Assembly: GCA_028534125.1 (NCBI GenBank)
Contig: CM052817.1
Location: 374,001-438,000 of the forward strand
Source: Lama glama
Taxonomy: Eukaryota
Direction: 5' to 3'
Length of the DNA stretch: 64,000 nucleotides
The notes beneath the pieces were generated by a model. It saw nothing but the letters and a program-made list of their open reading frames with translations. It made no database searches and was not told the DNA's origin. Below, in pieces: positions 46,601 through 59,848 of this stretch; the first letter of the stretch is position 1, and each line of letters begins with the position of its first letter. The position numbers and the translations under genes were made by a program.

Positions 46601-49600
46601 CCTACACGCTTCTCCCCTGGTAGCCATAAGTTTGTTTTCTATGTCTATGAGTCTGTTTCTGTTTTATAAATAAGTTTGTTTGTCTTTTTTTTAGATTGTA
46701 CATATAAATGATAATCATATGGTGTTTTTTCTTTCTCTTTCTGGCTTACTTCACTTAGAATGACAATCTCCAGGAACATCCATGTTGCTGCAAATGGCAT
46801 TACTTTATTATTTTTTATGGCTGAGTAGTATTCCATTATATAAATATACCACAGTCGTGTCATTTATTTACCCAAATTAGTTGGGAACTTGTGTCCACAT
46901 GAAAACCTACACATAGATGTTCATAGCAGCTTTATTTATAATAGCCAAAATCTGGAGGCAACCAAGATGTCCTTCTGCGTGTGAATGGATCAATAAACCA
47001 TGGTATACATCCTGACAATGGAATAATATTCAGCAGTAAAACGAAATGAACTATCAAGCCATGAAAAGACATGGAGGAAACTTAAGTGCGTATTCCTAAG
47101 TGAAAGAAGCCAGTCTGAAAAGGCTGCATACTGTATAGTTCCAATTATATGACATTCTGGGAATGGCAGAACTGTGGAGACAGTAAAAGGGTCAGTGGTT
47201 GCCGAGGGTAGGGAGGAGTGGATACATGGGCGTGAATAAATGGGTTCCAGAGGAGTTTTCTGGGAGTGAAGCTACTCTGTGTTGATACTATAACATGGGT
47301 ACATGACATTGCACATGTGTCAAATCTGAGAATGTACACCACCAGGAATGAAGCCTAACGTAGACTGTGGGCTTCGTGTGGTTGTGACGGGTCAGTGTCG
47401 GTCACCAGCTGTGATGGCCGCACTGCTCTCTGGCTGCTAGTGGGAGAGGCTGTGTTTGTTTGGGGCCAGAGGGCATCGGGACCTTTGTAGTTGCTGCAGA
47501 ATTGTCTGTGAATCTAAAACTGCTCTAAAGGGTAGTCTGTTAAATAATTTTTCAAACAGGTGTGTATTACACATAGAAAAATGCAACAAAGATTCTCCTT
47601 TTTTAGGTCTTTCAGTTTTGATTTGGGGAAAATTAACAGGTCTTGCCATCTACTTTATCCCACTTAAGCGACCATTGACAGGGAAACTGTTAAATAAAAC
47701 TGCGTTCAAGAGTCAGATTTTGCAGTTGATTTCTGATTTTTTTACGAATCAGAGTCCTCTTCCTTGAAAAAATACTCAAGTGACTCCTCATTACCTATTA
47801 AATTCAGTTTCTGAGCCTTAGTGTCATGTCAGGGTTCCACATGGTCTACTTCCAGTGGAGAGTCACGTCAGCAAACATGTTTGGAATACCTGTTGGTTTG
47901 GGGTGTTGGAAAAAGACTTGCTTGAGTTTAAACCTCTGTGTTGCCACTTGCTGACGATGTGATCCTGTGGAAGTCATTCTGCCTCTCATGGTTTTCTCTT
48001 CGACAAGATGGAATAGGAGTATTGGACACGGAATGATGGAAAGTGGAATTCAGATGCATGGTTTGAATGGTACGTGAATATTTTCATTGTCTGCCCTGCC
48101 GACCCTACAAGCCAGGTTATTCCCTTGGGCTGCCAATCCCACGCACAAATTCAAGTTTGCAACTGCCAGTACCCTCTGCCCCCAGGCCTACTGACTCAAC
48201 AAGGAACAGTCAGTCCTTGTGGTGCTGCTGCCCAGGTCTCACAGGGGGACCTCAGCTTGTAAGAAATGTTAAAACTAGAGCTGTGTCTTATCATCCTACT
48301 TCCAAATGGAGAGAGACTTCCTGAAAATCACGTCTTTGGGTTGAATTTCCTCTCTCTCCGAGGCTCGTGGCCAGTGTTTGCTGGATGTTTTCGGAATGAA
48401 TGGAAATGTTTCTGCTCCCATCTGGAAGGGGGTGTTGTTTTAGGTAGCGGTGTTTTTTTGAAGAATAAAGCACCTCTGCCTTTTTGAAACAGTGAACAGG
48501 GTTTTCTGCAACAGTGGGAGCCCAAGTAAAATTTGGGTTCCAGCTTAATATGTGTTTCCAGCTTGGTCATGGAAGATGACCGGGGAGGCACAGAGGAGAG
48601 CTGTGTGTTGGGGGAACCCAGCAGGAAGCATAGGAGGTGGGGACGTCAGGAGGAGGAGGTGGCTGTCCTAACGGGTGCCTGGAATTAGCGAAATGGTCCC
48701 AGTGGACCTCCTGTCATGTAGGTGCCAAGTGGACCAAGAGAAGACTGCCACACAGGCAAGAATCAGGTGTCCGGTCGTGTAGTTGGAACGGAGCTCCCGG
48801 TCCCGCGTGAGGGAGGGTCACAGTGTCTAGCTGAGCTCAGTTGTCCTGAGACTTGAAACCTGGGCCCTTCTGCATCAAATGCCCTCTCCTTGCCAGCAAG
48901 AGAGATGCTGTTCTGTTCTGTGGGGCCCTGCCACCGCTCTGCTGCCCCCGAACATGTCCTCAGGACAGCAGGTCCAGAGGGAAGTACTCCCTGAAACTGT
49001 GTGTGAGTTACTGGGTGGAGCGGCTCACAGGACCCTGAGCTGGTGCAGTGGGAACCAAGTCTGCTAGGACCATCATGCAGATGAGAAAACTGAGGAAGAA
49101 GGTGGTAGCTCCCTGCTCATGGCATGGCTATGGAGGATGGTCTGCACTCGCACGTGGCCCCAACTCCTGGGTCCACACTCTGTCCTTCTGCCCAGGTACC
49201 GCTTCTACTCTGCTGCCTCTGTGAGGAGTCCTGAGAGCAGACAGACCCAAGGCTGCCACGTTCCTGCAGAAAGCCCAGCAGGACGGGGGCTGTCTGACCT
49301 CATGTTCCGGGGAGGCCATGGCCCTGCAGAGCCTTGGGGGTCACCGGCCTGTCACCCCCTCTGCCCAGCCTCAGGTGGTGGGCATGAGGCCTGCCTTGGG
49401 TGCTGGTTTTAACTTTTATGTTAAGGAATCTCTGCTCCTCAGCTAGACTGTAGGTTTGTGGAAAGGCAGGCAGTTTCTTGGTGCAGAATCTTTAATCAGA
49501 GCTGCACATGTGAAAAACGAGCTGCTGGATGGTGAGTGCTTTTGTAGAGATTTACAAAGTTTGTGGGCATACGTGACACGTGAATTGTTAGGAAATGAAA

Positions 49601-52600
49601 AATTTCAGAAGCAAGAGATAGAAGAATGTTTTACCTCATCATTGTAAGTTGTAACAGTCACAAACATCCCCAAACCAGGGGCGGATTGAAGGAAGTCATG
49701 CCGATCTGTGTCCCACTGCTGTGTCTTGAAAGTCCCTGTTTTAAAAATAGAAGACATTATAAAATAAATAAAAGAAGTAGGTATCTGTGATCACTGGTGA
49801 ATGAATCGCATTAAAAAATTACCCAAGTCACAAAATACTGTTTGTCTGAACAGCTTGTATCCTGGTCATTAGCTCATGTCACAGAGTAAGAAGATTCCAG
49901 AATACAGAGTTCTTGGTCCAGTTCTCACTCTTTTTACAAATTACTTCACTGCTCCAAGCCTCAGCATCCTATTTAGGAAAATGGGTCTGACATGTATCCT
50001 TCCTAAGTGTCAGAGTTGTGAGGACTGTTGAAAATGATAAAAAAAAAAATAAGCTAATGAAAGCTTTCCACCTAAGACGTAAACTCCCTGTGGGTCAGGA
50101 CCAAGCGACCTTTTCCAGCGTCTCCCCAGTAGTTCTCCTGCGTTTATAGTGAATCCTTCCTCTTGCTGTGTCCAGAGGCTCCTGCTAAGGTTTGGGTCCC
50201 TGGAAGAGTCAACCACTTTATCCATTTTGGCTGTGATAAGCACCACGTGGCTTAACTTCCCCCTCGTACCCTTGAAATGTTCAATGGGAATGAAAAAATA
50301 CCTAACATTCATTGAAAAGTGCTGAAAAATAGCTAACAGTATGTTCCACATGCCAGGTTCTGTCCTCAGCACTTAGCCTGCATCATCTCATTTCCTGTGC
50401 TCTGAGGAAGTGCAGTGACTCTTACAAAACGTAGGGTTAGGGTGTCAACCCTCCAGGCAGTTTGAAATCCACGCATGACTTACAGTTGGCCCATTGTGTC
50501 TGCAGTTCCATATCCCAGATTCAACAGGCCATGGATCATGGGTCCGGTACTATGTGCGATGGAAACAATCCATGTATGATGCACCTGTGCCATTCAATCC
50601 CGTGTTGTTCAAGGGTCAACTATATTCTTACCCATTTACACACCCCCTCATTTGACAGGTATGTAATGAGCACCTCACAAGGGCTAGCAGTGTTGGGGGA
50701 GCTGAGGACAGAGTGAACAAAATAGACGATGTCCTTATTCCCAAGGAGAAACAGACAATGAGTAAATACATGTTGAAGATGTTAAATACACTGTCAGAAA
50801 AAGCAAGTAACAAGGACAGGCAGTGCTGGAGGATTTGGGGGTGTTACGTGGGGGAGTCTGGGACGGTTTCTGACATTTGAGCAAAGACCTAAAAGAATAG
50901 GAGAGTGAAAAAAAGTATGTAATTTTATATTTATCACATGTGTATATGTTACATCTGTATTTATCTGTCTATATATCCCATTAAGTGCAGATTATGTGCC
51001 AAACACCATTCTAAGAAATTTACATCTATAATCTGAATTCTCATAACAACAGTGCCATGTAGGTAGGTGTTGTTTTTATGATGACTTTACACATTGTCAC
51101 ACAAACCAAAGCATAAGGTAATCTGCCCGAGGTCATGTACCTGGCAAGTAGCACAGTCAAGATTCAACCCTAGGCAGTGACTGCCTCTGTACCACCTCAC
51201 AGTGCTGCCTCCACTGGGAAAGATCGCTCCACTCAGGCGTGTGTGTAAAGGTCCTGGAGCGGAGAATGCTTGTGGTGTTCAGGGCATAGCAGAGCTGCTG
51301 GAGTGACGTTAGCATGGAGAGATTCTGGGAGATGAGGTTGAAGGGGTAGCGGGGCCAGATCACAGAGGGTCTACAAATCCATTGTAAAGATTTGAGGAGG
51401 CAGGTGGGTGGATGGAGAATATGATGTGGCTTTCATTTAAGATTTTTATCACGTGGAGTAAAGAATGAAGAAGGGTCAAAAGTGGAAGCGGGGAGGCTGT
51501 TATCATAGTCTGGATGACTGTGGTGACTTGGACCAGGTGCTAATTGTGGAGATGTAAAAACTGTTGGGTTCTGTATTGTCCCTGTTTTACAAGTTGGAAC
51601 CTGAGCATTGGAGAGAGTCACAGATAGAAGTTGTAGAGGCATAATTAGAGCCGAGGTGGTTTGATTCCGAAGCCCAGAACTACACTCCAGAGCTACCCTG
51701 ACTCCCTGGGAGGCAAGAGGAAAAGTCCCAGATGGGGACCTGACTTGGGAACTTCACCCTGGACATGACCGTGCAGGCAGCCCTGGAAAGGGGGCATTTC
51801 CTGGGTGGGAAGGCTGCGGCAGTCTTGAGCCTGGCCTGTGTGTCGGTGTGACTTCAGTTCAGGCCTCGTTCCCTCCAGAAGTTTGTTGACTATGTGTAGT
51901 GTATATTCTATACTTTTTAGAATGCTCCATCTCAAGAGGGTCTTTAAAAAGGTAACATTGATGATTCTGGAAAAGATGGAGTAAGTCCATTTCACTCTAT
52001 TTCCCCTGCTAATTACAACGGAAAACTCTGGGCAAACTGTATAACGCGACCATCAGAGGACTGAGAAGCAGGGAAGGGAAGATGACTCAAAGGGCGACCC
52101 AGCAGTGAGCTCCTGTTTGTTCCCCCACCCCTGTGCACCTGACCTGGGTGCTGGAGCAATCTGCAACCACACACTGTGTTGTTGGGGAGAAAGAAAACCT
52201 GCTCAGAAAGAGTCTGCTCTCTTGGGAAGGGACTGGAACGGGCAGGCCCTGCAGCAGGACCCTCTGACGACACCTGCCCTGCTCCACGTGAGCAGCATGA
52301 AGGGACTGCACCCACCCCACTGGTTGCTCCACGTGAAGACTGGGGTGAAGCCCCATCCTGCACTTGGCGAAGGACAATACAGAGGGGGAGTTGGGGCAGG
52401 ATTACCTAGGGAGGGAGCTGGAGAAAGCGCTCTTTAAATCTGTGCATGGGGAGTCCTGGGCACACCTCTGAGCAGCCTGTGCATGTGACCAACCAGAACA
52501 AATATGGCAGAAGCTTTGAGAACCCACCAACAGTGTGGAGAATACCCAGGTTTGAGACTGGCCTCTAGGCAGCACACACGCAGGGCAGACCAGGATAGAA

Positions 52601-55600
52601 GTGCAGAGTCTCAGAAAACGGACATTAGGACATGGGATCTGAATCTAAGTGGGCTGACTACCTGCTGAAATAGAACATTTGAATAGGAGCCAGTTATATA
52701 ACATAGTACTCAAAATGTCCAGGATACGTTCCAAAGTTATGCACCACACCAAGAACCGTGAGTGAAGAGAGACAGTTAATGGATACCAACACCAAAATGA
52801 CAGCCACTGAAATCACCTAAGAGTTTTAAAGCAGTCATCATAAAAATGCATCAACAAGAAGTTTGAACACTCAAAATAACTAGAAAAATGGGAAATCTCA
52901 GAAAGAAAGAGTAGAGATATTAAAAGAAAATGGACACATTAGAACCAGGAAACATACAATAATTGAAGTTGAAAACCAACCAAATGAACTCAATAAAAGA
53001 ATGGAGATGACAGAGAAAAGAGTCAGTGAACCTGAAACTAGGTGGATAGAAATAATCAAGTCTGGTCAACGGAGAGAAAACAGATGGAAAGAAGAGCCTC
53101 ATGAATCTCTAGGACAGTGATCAAAAGTCTGTAACTTGCGAGTCCCAGAGCAAAGGAGGAAGATCATAGGGCTGACTAGACACTGAAAGAAATGATGGCT
53201 AGAAACTTCCCAAATTTGGTGAAAGAGGTAAACCTACAGATTCAAGAAGCTGAGTGAACCCTAAACAGGCTCAACTCCCAAATCCATCACCAGGTACATC
53301 ATGATCAAATTTCTCGAAACCAAAGACAAAAACAATTATGTTAAAAATCCAGAGAGGAATGCTGCATTACTGATGGGGAAAAACAATTTGAGTGACAGCA
53401 GACTTCTCATGAGAAATGTAGAGGCCAGAAAGAAGGGGCACATTTTCAAGTGCTGAAGGAAAAAGGATTGTCAAACAATTCTGTATCCACCAAAATACCC
53501 TTCAGAATGAAGGCAAAACATTCTTAGGTCAAGGAAAACTAAGAGTTTTTCACCAGAACACCTGCTTTAAAATAATTGCTAAAGGAAGTTCTTCAAACAA
53601 AGAAAATGGTGACAAGGAAACTGGAAGATCAGGAATGAAGAGAGAATGGCTGGAGGGGAGCCACAATAGAGTGTCCTCTTCCGCTTTTTAAAAAAAGTTG
53701 TTTGCATGCACCCCAGTGTTCACAGCAGCACTATTTGCAATAGCCAAGACATGGAAACAACCCAAATGTCCCATCAACAGATGGCTGGATAAAGAAGGTG
53801 TGGTGTATTTATACAATGGAATACTACTCAGCCATAAAAAAGAATAAAATAATACCATTTTGCAGCAACATGGATGGACCTGGAGATCATCATTCTAAGT
53901 TAAGTAAGCCAGAAAGGGAAAGAAAAATACCATATATCGCTTATATGTGGAATCTAAAAGGCACAAATGAACTTATCAACAAAACAGAAACAGACTCACA
54001 GAGAGAGAGCAAACTTACGGTTACCAGGGGTTAAAGGGGGAGGGAAGGGATAAATTGGGAATTCAAAAATTGCACCTGTTGGGGAGTGATGGAAATGTTA
54101 GCTGTCTTGATTGTGGTGGTGGTTTCATGGGTGTATACATCTATCACAATTCATCAAAGTGTACATTTGGAATATGTGTAGTTTACTGTACAGGAATCAC
54201 ACCACAGTAAAAGTGTTTTTAAAAGTTGTTTAACCGTCTAAAGCAAAAAATATAACATTGTCTGATGATGTTCTCAAAGTATGTAGAAGACGTATTTAAG
54301 AAACTGTATTACAAAGGGTGGGAGGACAGAGGGCATGACCATAAAGTTTCTGATTCCTCTTGAAATGGTAAAATATTGATCCTTCTAGACTGTGGTAAGT
54401 TAAGTACCTGCTGTGTATTGTAATCCGTAGAGCAACCACTAATAAAAACAAAGATGCAGTAAAAAAATACTATAGATAAAACAAAATGGAGTATTATAAA
54501 ACGTTCAGGTGACCCACGGGAAGGTACAAAATAGAAAACAGAAACAAAAACCAAAGGGAGCAAGAAGAAAGCAAGTCGTAAAGCGGCAGACTTAAATCTT
54601 GATACACCAAGAACTCCATTACATGTGAACAGTCCAGAGACCAGACAAAGGTGGTCAGAACGGAATTTTAAAAAATGACCCAACGATCATGCAGTCTTTG
54701 AGAAAACCACTTTGGATATTATGCTATAATTAGGTTAAAAGTAAAAAGGGTTAAAAAGATGAATCATTCTGATGATCAGAAGAAATCTTGTGTGGCTCTG
54801 TAAGTATCAGGCAAAGTAGACTTAAGAGCAAAGGAAATTACCAAGGACACAGAGAGGGTGTTACCTAATGATAAAGGGGAGACAACCATCATAAATGCAT
54901 CCGCAGTCTCAAAACATGCGAAGTAAAACTGCTGAAAGGAGAAATCAGATGAATCCACCCTTGTAGCTGGGATGGCCACACTCCTAGGCAATGGACAGGA
55001 CTACTGGACATGTAAGAGCTGACCGCCACCAGCCAACAGGGCCAACTTGACTTTTACAGGATGTTCCCCCCGAACAGCAGAAAACATTTGTTTTTGAGAC
55101 CGCATGGCACATTCACCCAGTGAGGCAGCGAAGCCTTAAGCCTGATCCAGCACCTTGGCTGAAGCAGCGGGGTGTTCCTGGAGAGGAGCACACAGCCGGG
55201 CAGTCAGAGGGCTCTCCAGGTACATGGCACCTGGGGGTGTCCGCTGGGTGCCAGGCCGGCTCTAGGAGACAGCTGGGCCACGCCAGCACCCCACGCCTGT
55301 ATGCACTGGCCCTGCCCCCGTGGACACACTCAGCTCTCCACCTTTCCCCGCAAGTACCCCGACCCCCACGGCCTACCGCCCTCTGCCTGCTGCCGCCCCG
55401 CGGGGCTCATCACCCTCCCACACCTGCCTTCCTATTCCAGCAGGTTCTGTAAGGTGCAGTGCGGGTGCGGGGATGCACCGCGAGCCTCTTCTGTGGGCCT
55501 CCGGGGCCTGGCCCTCGGCTTCCCAACACAGCGTGATGCGGGCAAAGGGGACGAGGGAGAGGGCCCCACAGCAAGTGTTCAAGAAGGGATTCTGGATGCA

Positions 55601-58600
55601 CGAGTTGGGGGGAGGTTTGCCGCGAAGCTCCCACGCTGAGCAAGGCCCACCCGCCCCCCAGAGGAGGTGTCATGCCCCATGACTGCCACCAGATGGCAGG
55701 GGAGCCATGTGCTCGCGGCCAGTGGACGGACTAGCCCGCAGGACACGGGGACCTGGAGTGCAGACAGGCAGCCCAGCGTGCTTGCCCCCAGAACGTAAGG
55801 GTGCACCTGTCTTCGGGCACAGAGCCCGAGTGAGCACTTGTGGCCTGCTCAGTGCAGAACTCAGCGTGCCGTTGGCACCTGCAAGCCCTTGGTGAAGTAT
55901 CCCTCCATTGCTGTAGGGCTTTCACACGCGATGTTTCCTGTCTGAGCCAGAGTGAGGGCCATACCTGCTTCTCTGGTGGCTTAGGACAGGCACCAGAGGG
56001 CCGAGCTGACGAGCATGGACAAGCATGCGGCAGGTCAGGACTGTGCCAGGTGCTCCAGGGCAGGAGCTGCCTCCAGCTCAGAACACGGGGACAGAGCTCA
56101 GAGTCCCCAAGCTGTCAGGCAGTGCTCTTCTGTGGCTTCCTGCCTGCCTCCACCTGGGGAAGGTGGGAGGCCAACGCCTGAAACTCCTCACATGCTGTTT
56201 TTAGTCCCAATGAGCAAAAACGCACTGTTAGCTGGATCTGACGACTGGTGTGAGGTCACTCATGTCCTAGATGGGTGTGCTTCCCTGGACTCTGCTGGGG
56301 CTCAGAGCTGCGAGCAGGTGGCACGGCTGCCATGTGCCCTTCCTGGACTCGAATGTCAGACACGGTCTCAGGTCCCCACAGATCCCCATGAAATTTTTAA
56401 TTTGTTTGTTTCATTTTAACAATGGTCTAAAAATGAAGACTTAAATATAAGACATGACACCATAAAACTTCTAGAAGAGGACACAGGCAAAACATTCTCT
56501 GACGCAAATCGTAGCAGTGTTCTTAGATCGGTCTCCCAAGGCAAAAGAACCGAAAACAGAAATAAACTAAGGGGACCTAATTAAACATAAGCTTTTGCAA
56601 ATCAAAGGAAACCATAAACAGAATGAGAAGACAACCTACAGAATGGGAGAAAATATTTGCAAACGATGTGCCTGACAAGGGCGTAATTTCCAAAATACAC
56701 AAACAGCTCATACAACTCGATATAAAACGAACAAACAAATCAAAACAATGAAGAAATGGACAGAAGACCTAAATAGACATTTCTCCAAAGAAGACATACA
56801 GATGACCAACAGGCACATGAAAAGATGCTCAACATAGCTAATTATTAGAGAAATGCAAATCAAAGCTACAATGATAAAACAGCCATCATCAAAAAGTCTA
56901 CAAACAATAATGCTGGAGAGAGTGTGGAGAAAAGGGAGCCTTCTGCACTGTGGGTGGGAATGTAAATTGGTCCAGCCACTATGGAGGGCAGTATGTAGAT
57001 TCCTTAAAAAGCTAAAAATAGACTTACAATATTATCCAGCAATCCCACTCCTGGGCATGTATCTGGAGAAAACTAATTCAAAAAGATACATCCACTCCAG
57101 TATTCATAGTGGCAGTATTTACAACAGCCAAGACATGGAAACAACCTAAGTGTCTATCAACAGATGACTGGATAAAGAAGTTGTGGTATATCCATGCAAT
57201 GGAATATTACTCAGCCATAAAAAGAATTAAATCTTGCCATTTACAACATGAATGGACCTAGGGATTATCATACTAAGTGAAGTGATTCAGACAGAAAGAC
57301 AAATATTATATGATATCATTTGTATGTAGAATCTAAAAAGTGATACAAATGAAGTTATTTACAAAACAGAAACAGACTCACAGACATAGGAAACAAACTT
57401 ACGGTCATCAAAGGGGAAGGGATAAATTAGGGACATGGAATTAACAGATACCTGCTACTACATATAAAATAGATAAACAACAAGGATTTACTATATAGCA
57501 CAGGGAGCCATATTCAGTATCTTGTATCTTGTAATAACCTATAATGGAAAAGGATCTGAAATGACTGAAAGGATCTATATGACTGAACCACTTTGCTGTA
57601 CACTTGAAACTAATACAATACTGTAAATCAACTATACTTCAATTTTTTTTAATTTAAAAATTATTTTTAAAGAAGTTCGTAACAGCCAAGAAGGAAACAC
57701 CTCAAAAACACCTTTCTATTACTAAACCCAATCTCAGTGATTTTGGTGTCTCTTTAACTCTAGTAATATTTATTCAGTTAAGGTCTGCTTTGATTTACAC
57801 CACCTTTTGTTTGGTTTATATTTACCAGGTATGTCTTTTTCCATTCTTTTACTTTTAGCCTTTCCTTATATTTAAATGGTTTTGTTTGAAAACAGCATAT
57901 AGTTGTTTTATTTTTAAGTCTAGCCTGACAGTCTTTGCCTTTTCCTTGGGGAGTTTTGTCCACTTACACTTAATTTAATGTAAAATGTAGTCAGGTTTAA
58001 GCCTATCATATTGCTGTTTGGTTTTCATTTGTCCTATTTGTTCCTTTATCCCTTCTTTCTTGCCTTTTTAAAAAAATTGAGTATTTTTTCCATTTTTTTC
58101 TCCATTAGCAACCCATACATTCTGAGAGTCTAGGACCATATTCTCTTCTAAAGGAAAATTAGAGCACATGGCCTGACGCGTCTCCAGGCTCTCCCTGTGG
58201 CTGCAGCAGGCTTTGAGTAGCTGCGCTCTGCCCTGCGGATCTACTTGGGAGAGCTGTCTGAGGAGACCTCGGAGTTGGGGGCAAGCGGTGGGTGGGTGGA
58301 GCAGCTGGAGTCATGGAGGAGCCAGGGCAGAACCAGGGTGAGCTGCAGTGTCCACAGGGGACAAGGACTCTCAGGACAAGGGGAGGCCAGGCTGAGACGT
58401 GTCCCCACAGAGCTGTTGGACGCCGTCTGGCTGCGTCTGCCTTCCTGCCTCAGCCCCTCCACTGGGTGAGGTGATTCTTGAGCTTGTGTCCTGAGCCAAG
58501 TCCATCCAGCTGGTGGGCCATGAAATGGCAGACAGGGTGGGCAAGCCACTCCTGTCCCTCCTCCTCGTCCTTGTCGCTCTCCTCCCCTTCAACTGCAGGT

Positions 58601-59848
58601 TGAAAATTTCACAGGTTACCAGGAAAACAACCACAGAGCCGTTCACCCAGGAGTCTGGGGGCCCCTGGGGTCGGGGAGCACAAGGAAACACTTACAGCAC
58701 ATTCCGTGCGTCTGTCTGGGTTCTAGGGGCATTGCCAGTATTGGTTACCGTCCAAGAGAATAGACGTGTTGTTAGTCTTTATCCCATTTCACAGAGGCAG
58801 TGGAGGGGCTAGGAGCTGCCCAAGGGAGAGCTGAGGCGGGATCTGGGCAGTTAAACCCCGTGGCCTCAAACCAGCTTCTTCCCATGGTGGCCACATGGCA
58901 GAGAGGGTTCTCCCCAGCACCCCTCCCAGACGCCCCTCCGTGGAGGCCCTGCTGTGTTTGCCTGAGTCTTTGCAGTATGGGCTGTGATTCGTGTGTAATG
59001 GACAAAGTGAGCTGAGAGGTGAGCTGGACACCATCCAGCGTGAGGCTGGATTGATGTAAATACGCACGGTCAGCCCTGACAGAGGGTCAGCCCCACTAGA
59101 GGTAGTGCCTGCTTCTCTTTGGTCTTTTTTGCTGTGAAACTGGGGAAGCTGACACGGTTTCTGACTTGTGTGTTAAATATCCTACTGGATTTTCCGTGAA
59201 GCTCTGAGACCCCGGGCTGGAGTAGTTTAGCTGTGTGGGTGCACTCAGCCGGGAGTGTGTAGACCCCACCCCACTCACCAGGCTCCGTGGGCACTTTGCC
59301 CGCGCCTACCCCTCCCCGTGGGGCACTGTGGGTCCCGGAGGCTGAGGCTCAGAAGACGCCCTGATTTGTGCTGCCCTGTCTTCCGTTGCAAGCTCACCTC
59401 GAGACCTCACATACCTTCTGAGAATTCAACCACAGTTAGCAGGATTAACAGCATGAGAGAGTCTTTTACTTCAGGAAGCCTGACAGCTGGGAAGACAGAT
59501 CAGGCTTGGATCCTGTGGTGGTGTTTGGGTTTCCCGTTGTCAGAATTATGCAGTTGGCTCTTGAGGCTGTTTGCAAGTCAGACTGGCATAATTGGATAAA
59601 CTATCTCAAGAGAAAACCATGCAGTGTGGCCCTCTCTGCCGAACAGCACCCACATCAAGGGTCGGCAGCCTGAGTGAGGTGGTGGTGCGAGCCCCGCGCT
59701 CAGCAGACACGCCTGACCTACCTGTCACCAGCGTGTCGCCTGGAATGTCCTCTATGATGCACTTTTCCTCTCGTTCCCCCACGTGGAAGTAAAAGGCTTC
59801 CGTGGAAAGCAGGAAACAAAAACTTAGAAGAAACGTTAACACTGGCAT
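37500..59848 (-). CDS. TMED11: TMED11, p24-alpha family cargo receptor (gp25L); 5 exons, 651 nt, 216 aa, intact
   Basis: Exons 59848-59722, 49735-49635, 39414-39289, 38567-38421, 37649-37500, all GT-AG and in frame. Encodes a signal peptide, GOLD domain, coiled coil, TM helix and FFIAKKLV tail. Confidence 0.96.
38421..38567 (-). CDS. TMED11: TMED11 exon 4 (147 nt)
   Basis: tgtgcag| [49 protein letters not shown] |gtcagt. Confidence 0.96.
39289..39414 (-). CDS. TMED11: TMED11 exon 3 (126 nt)
   Basis: tcctag| [42 protein letters not shown] |gtaagt. Confidence 0.96.
42530..43695 (+). mobile_element. Nested internally deleted L1 (5'UTR start, ORF1 piece, 3' end)
   Basis: Starts GATTCTGGGAAGATGGCAGAATAGGAAGCACC; host L1 ORF2 resumes at AAAAATATTTTGAACTGAAT (about 43695). 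Confidence 0.7.
46327..46851 (-). mobile_element. Younger 5'-truncated L1 3' end nested in the older L1
   Basis: TSD CAGTCGTG(C/T)CATTT at 46313-46326 and 46852-46865; ORF2 C-terminus [26 protein letters not shown]. Confidence 0.88.
49635..49735 (-). CDS. TMED11: TMED11 exon 2 (101 nt), not in the supplied ORF track
   Basis: aaacag| (G)[33 protein letters not shown] |gtaaaa. Confidence 0.95.
50415..50622. mobile_element. TcMar-Tigger derivative (MER8-like)
   Basis: GGGTTAGGG...ACTTACAGTTGGCCC...GTTGTTCAAGGGTCAACT terminus. Confidence 0.65.
50650..51570. mobile_element. L2 and MIR fragments
   Basis: L2-like TGACATTTGAGCAAAGACCT and GGGCCAGATCACAGAGGG; MIR-like TGCCCGAGGTCATG...GATTCAACCCTAGGCAG. 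Confidence 0.5.
51960..55120 (+). mobile_element. Old L1 5' portion (5'UTR, ORF1, endonuclease start) in TMED11 intron 1
   Basis: GATTCTGGAAAAGATGG start; ORF1 motif AACTTCCCAAATTTGGTGAAAGA...CAGATTCAAGAAGCT; decayed endonuclease. Confidence 0.8.
53704..54220 (+). mobile_element. Younger L1 3' end nested in the old L1
   Basis: TSD AAAAGTTGTTT at 53693-53703 and 54221-54231; [20 protein letters not shown]. Confidence 0.8.
56420..57660 (+). mobile_element. 5'-truncated lineage-type L1 (ORF2 C-terminus and 3'UTR)
   Basis: [15 protein letters not shown]...YYPAIPLLG; 3'UTR ends GTAAATCAACTATACTTCAAT. Confidence 0.9.
57720..58100 (-). mobile_element. Old L1 fragment (endonuclease N-terminus)
   Basis: [31 protein letters not shown]. 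Confidence 0.75.
59722..59848 (-). CDS. TMED11: TMED11 exon 1 (127 nt)
   Basis: [42 protein letters not shown](G) |gtaggt. Confidence 0.95.

Larger units (their letters stand above)
40150..47530 (+). mobile_element. Old near-full-length L1 (L1M type; ORF1, ORF2, 3'UTR), antisense in TMED11 intron 2, with two nested insertions
   Basis: ORF1-like 40400-41260; endonuclease start about 41740; RT region 44300-45000; 3'UTR to about 47530; many stops. Confidence 0.88.
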
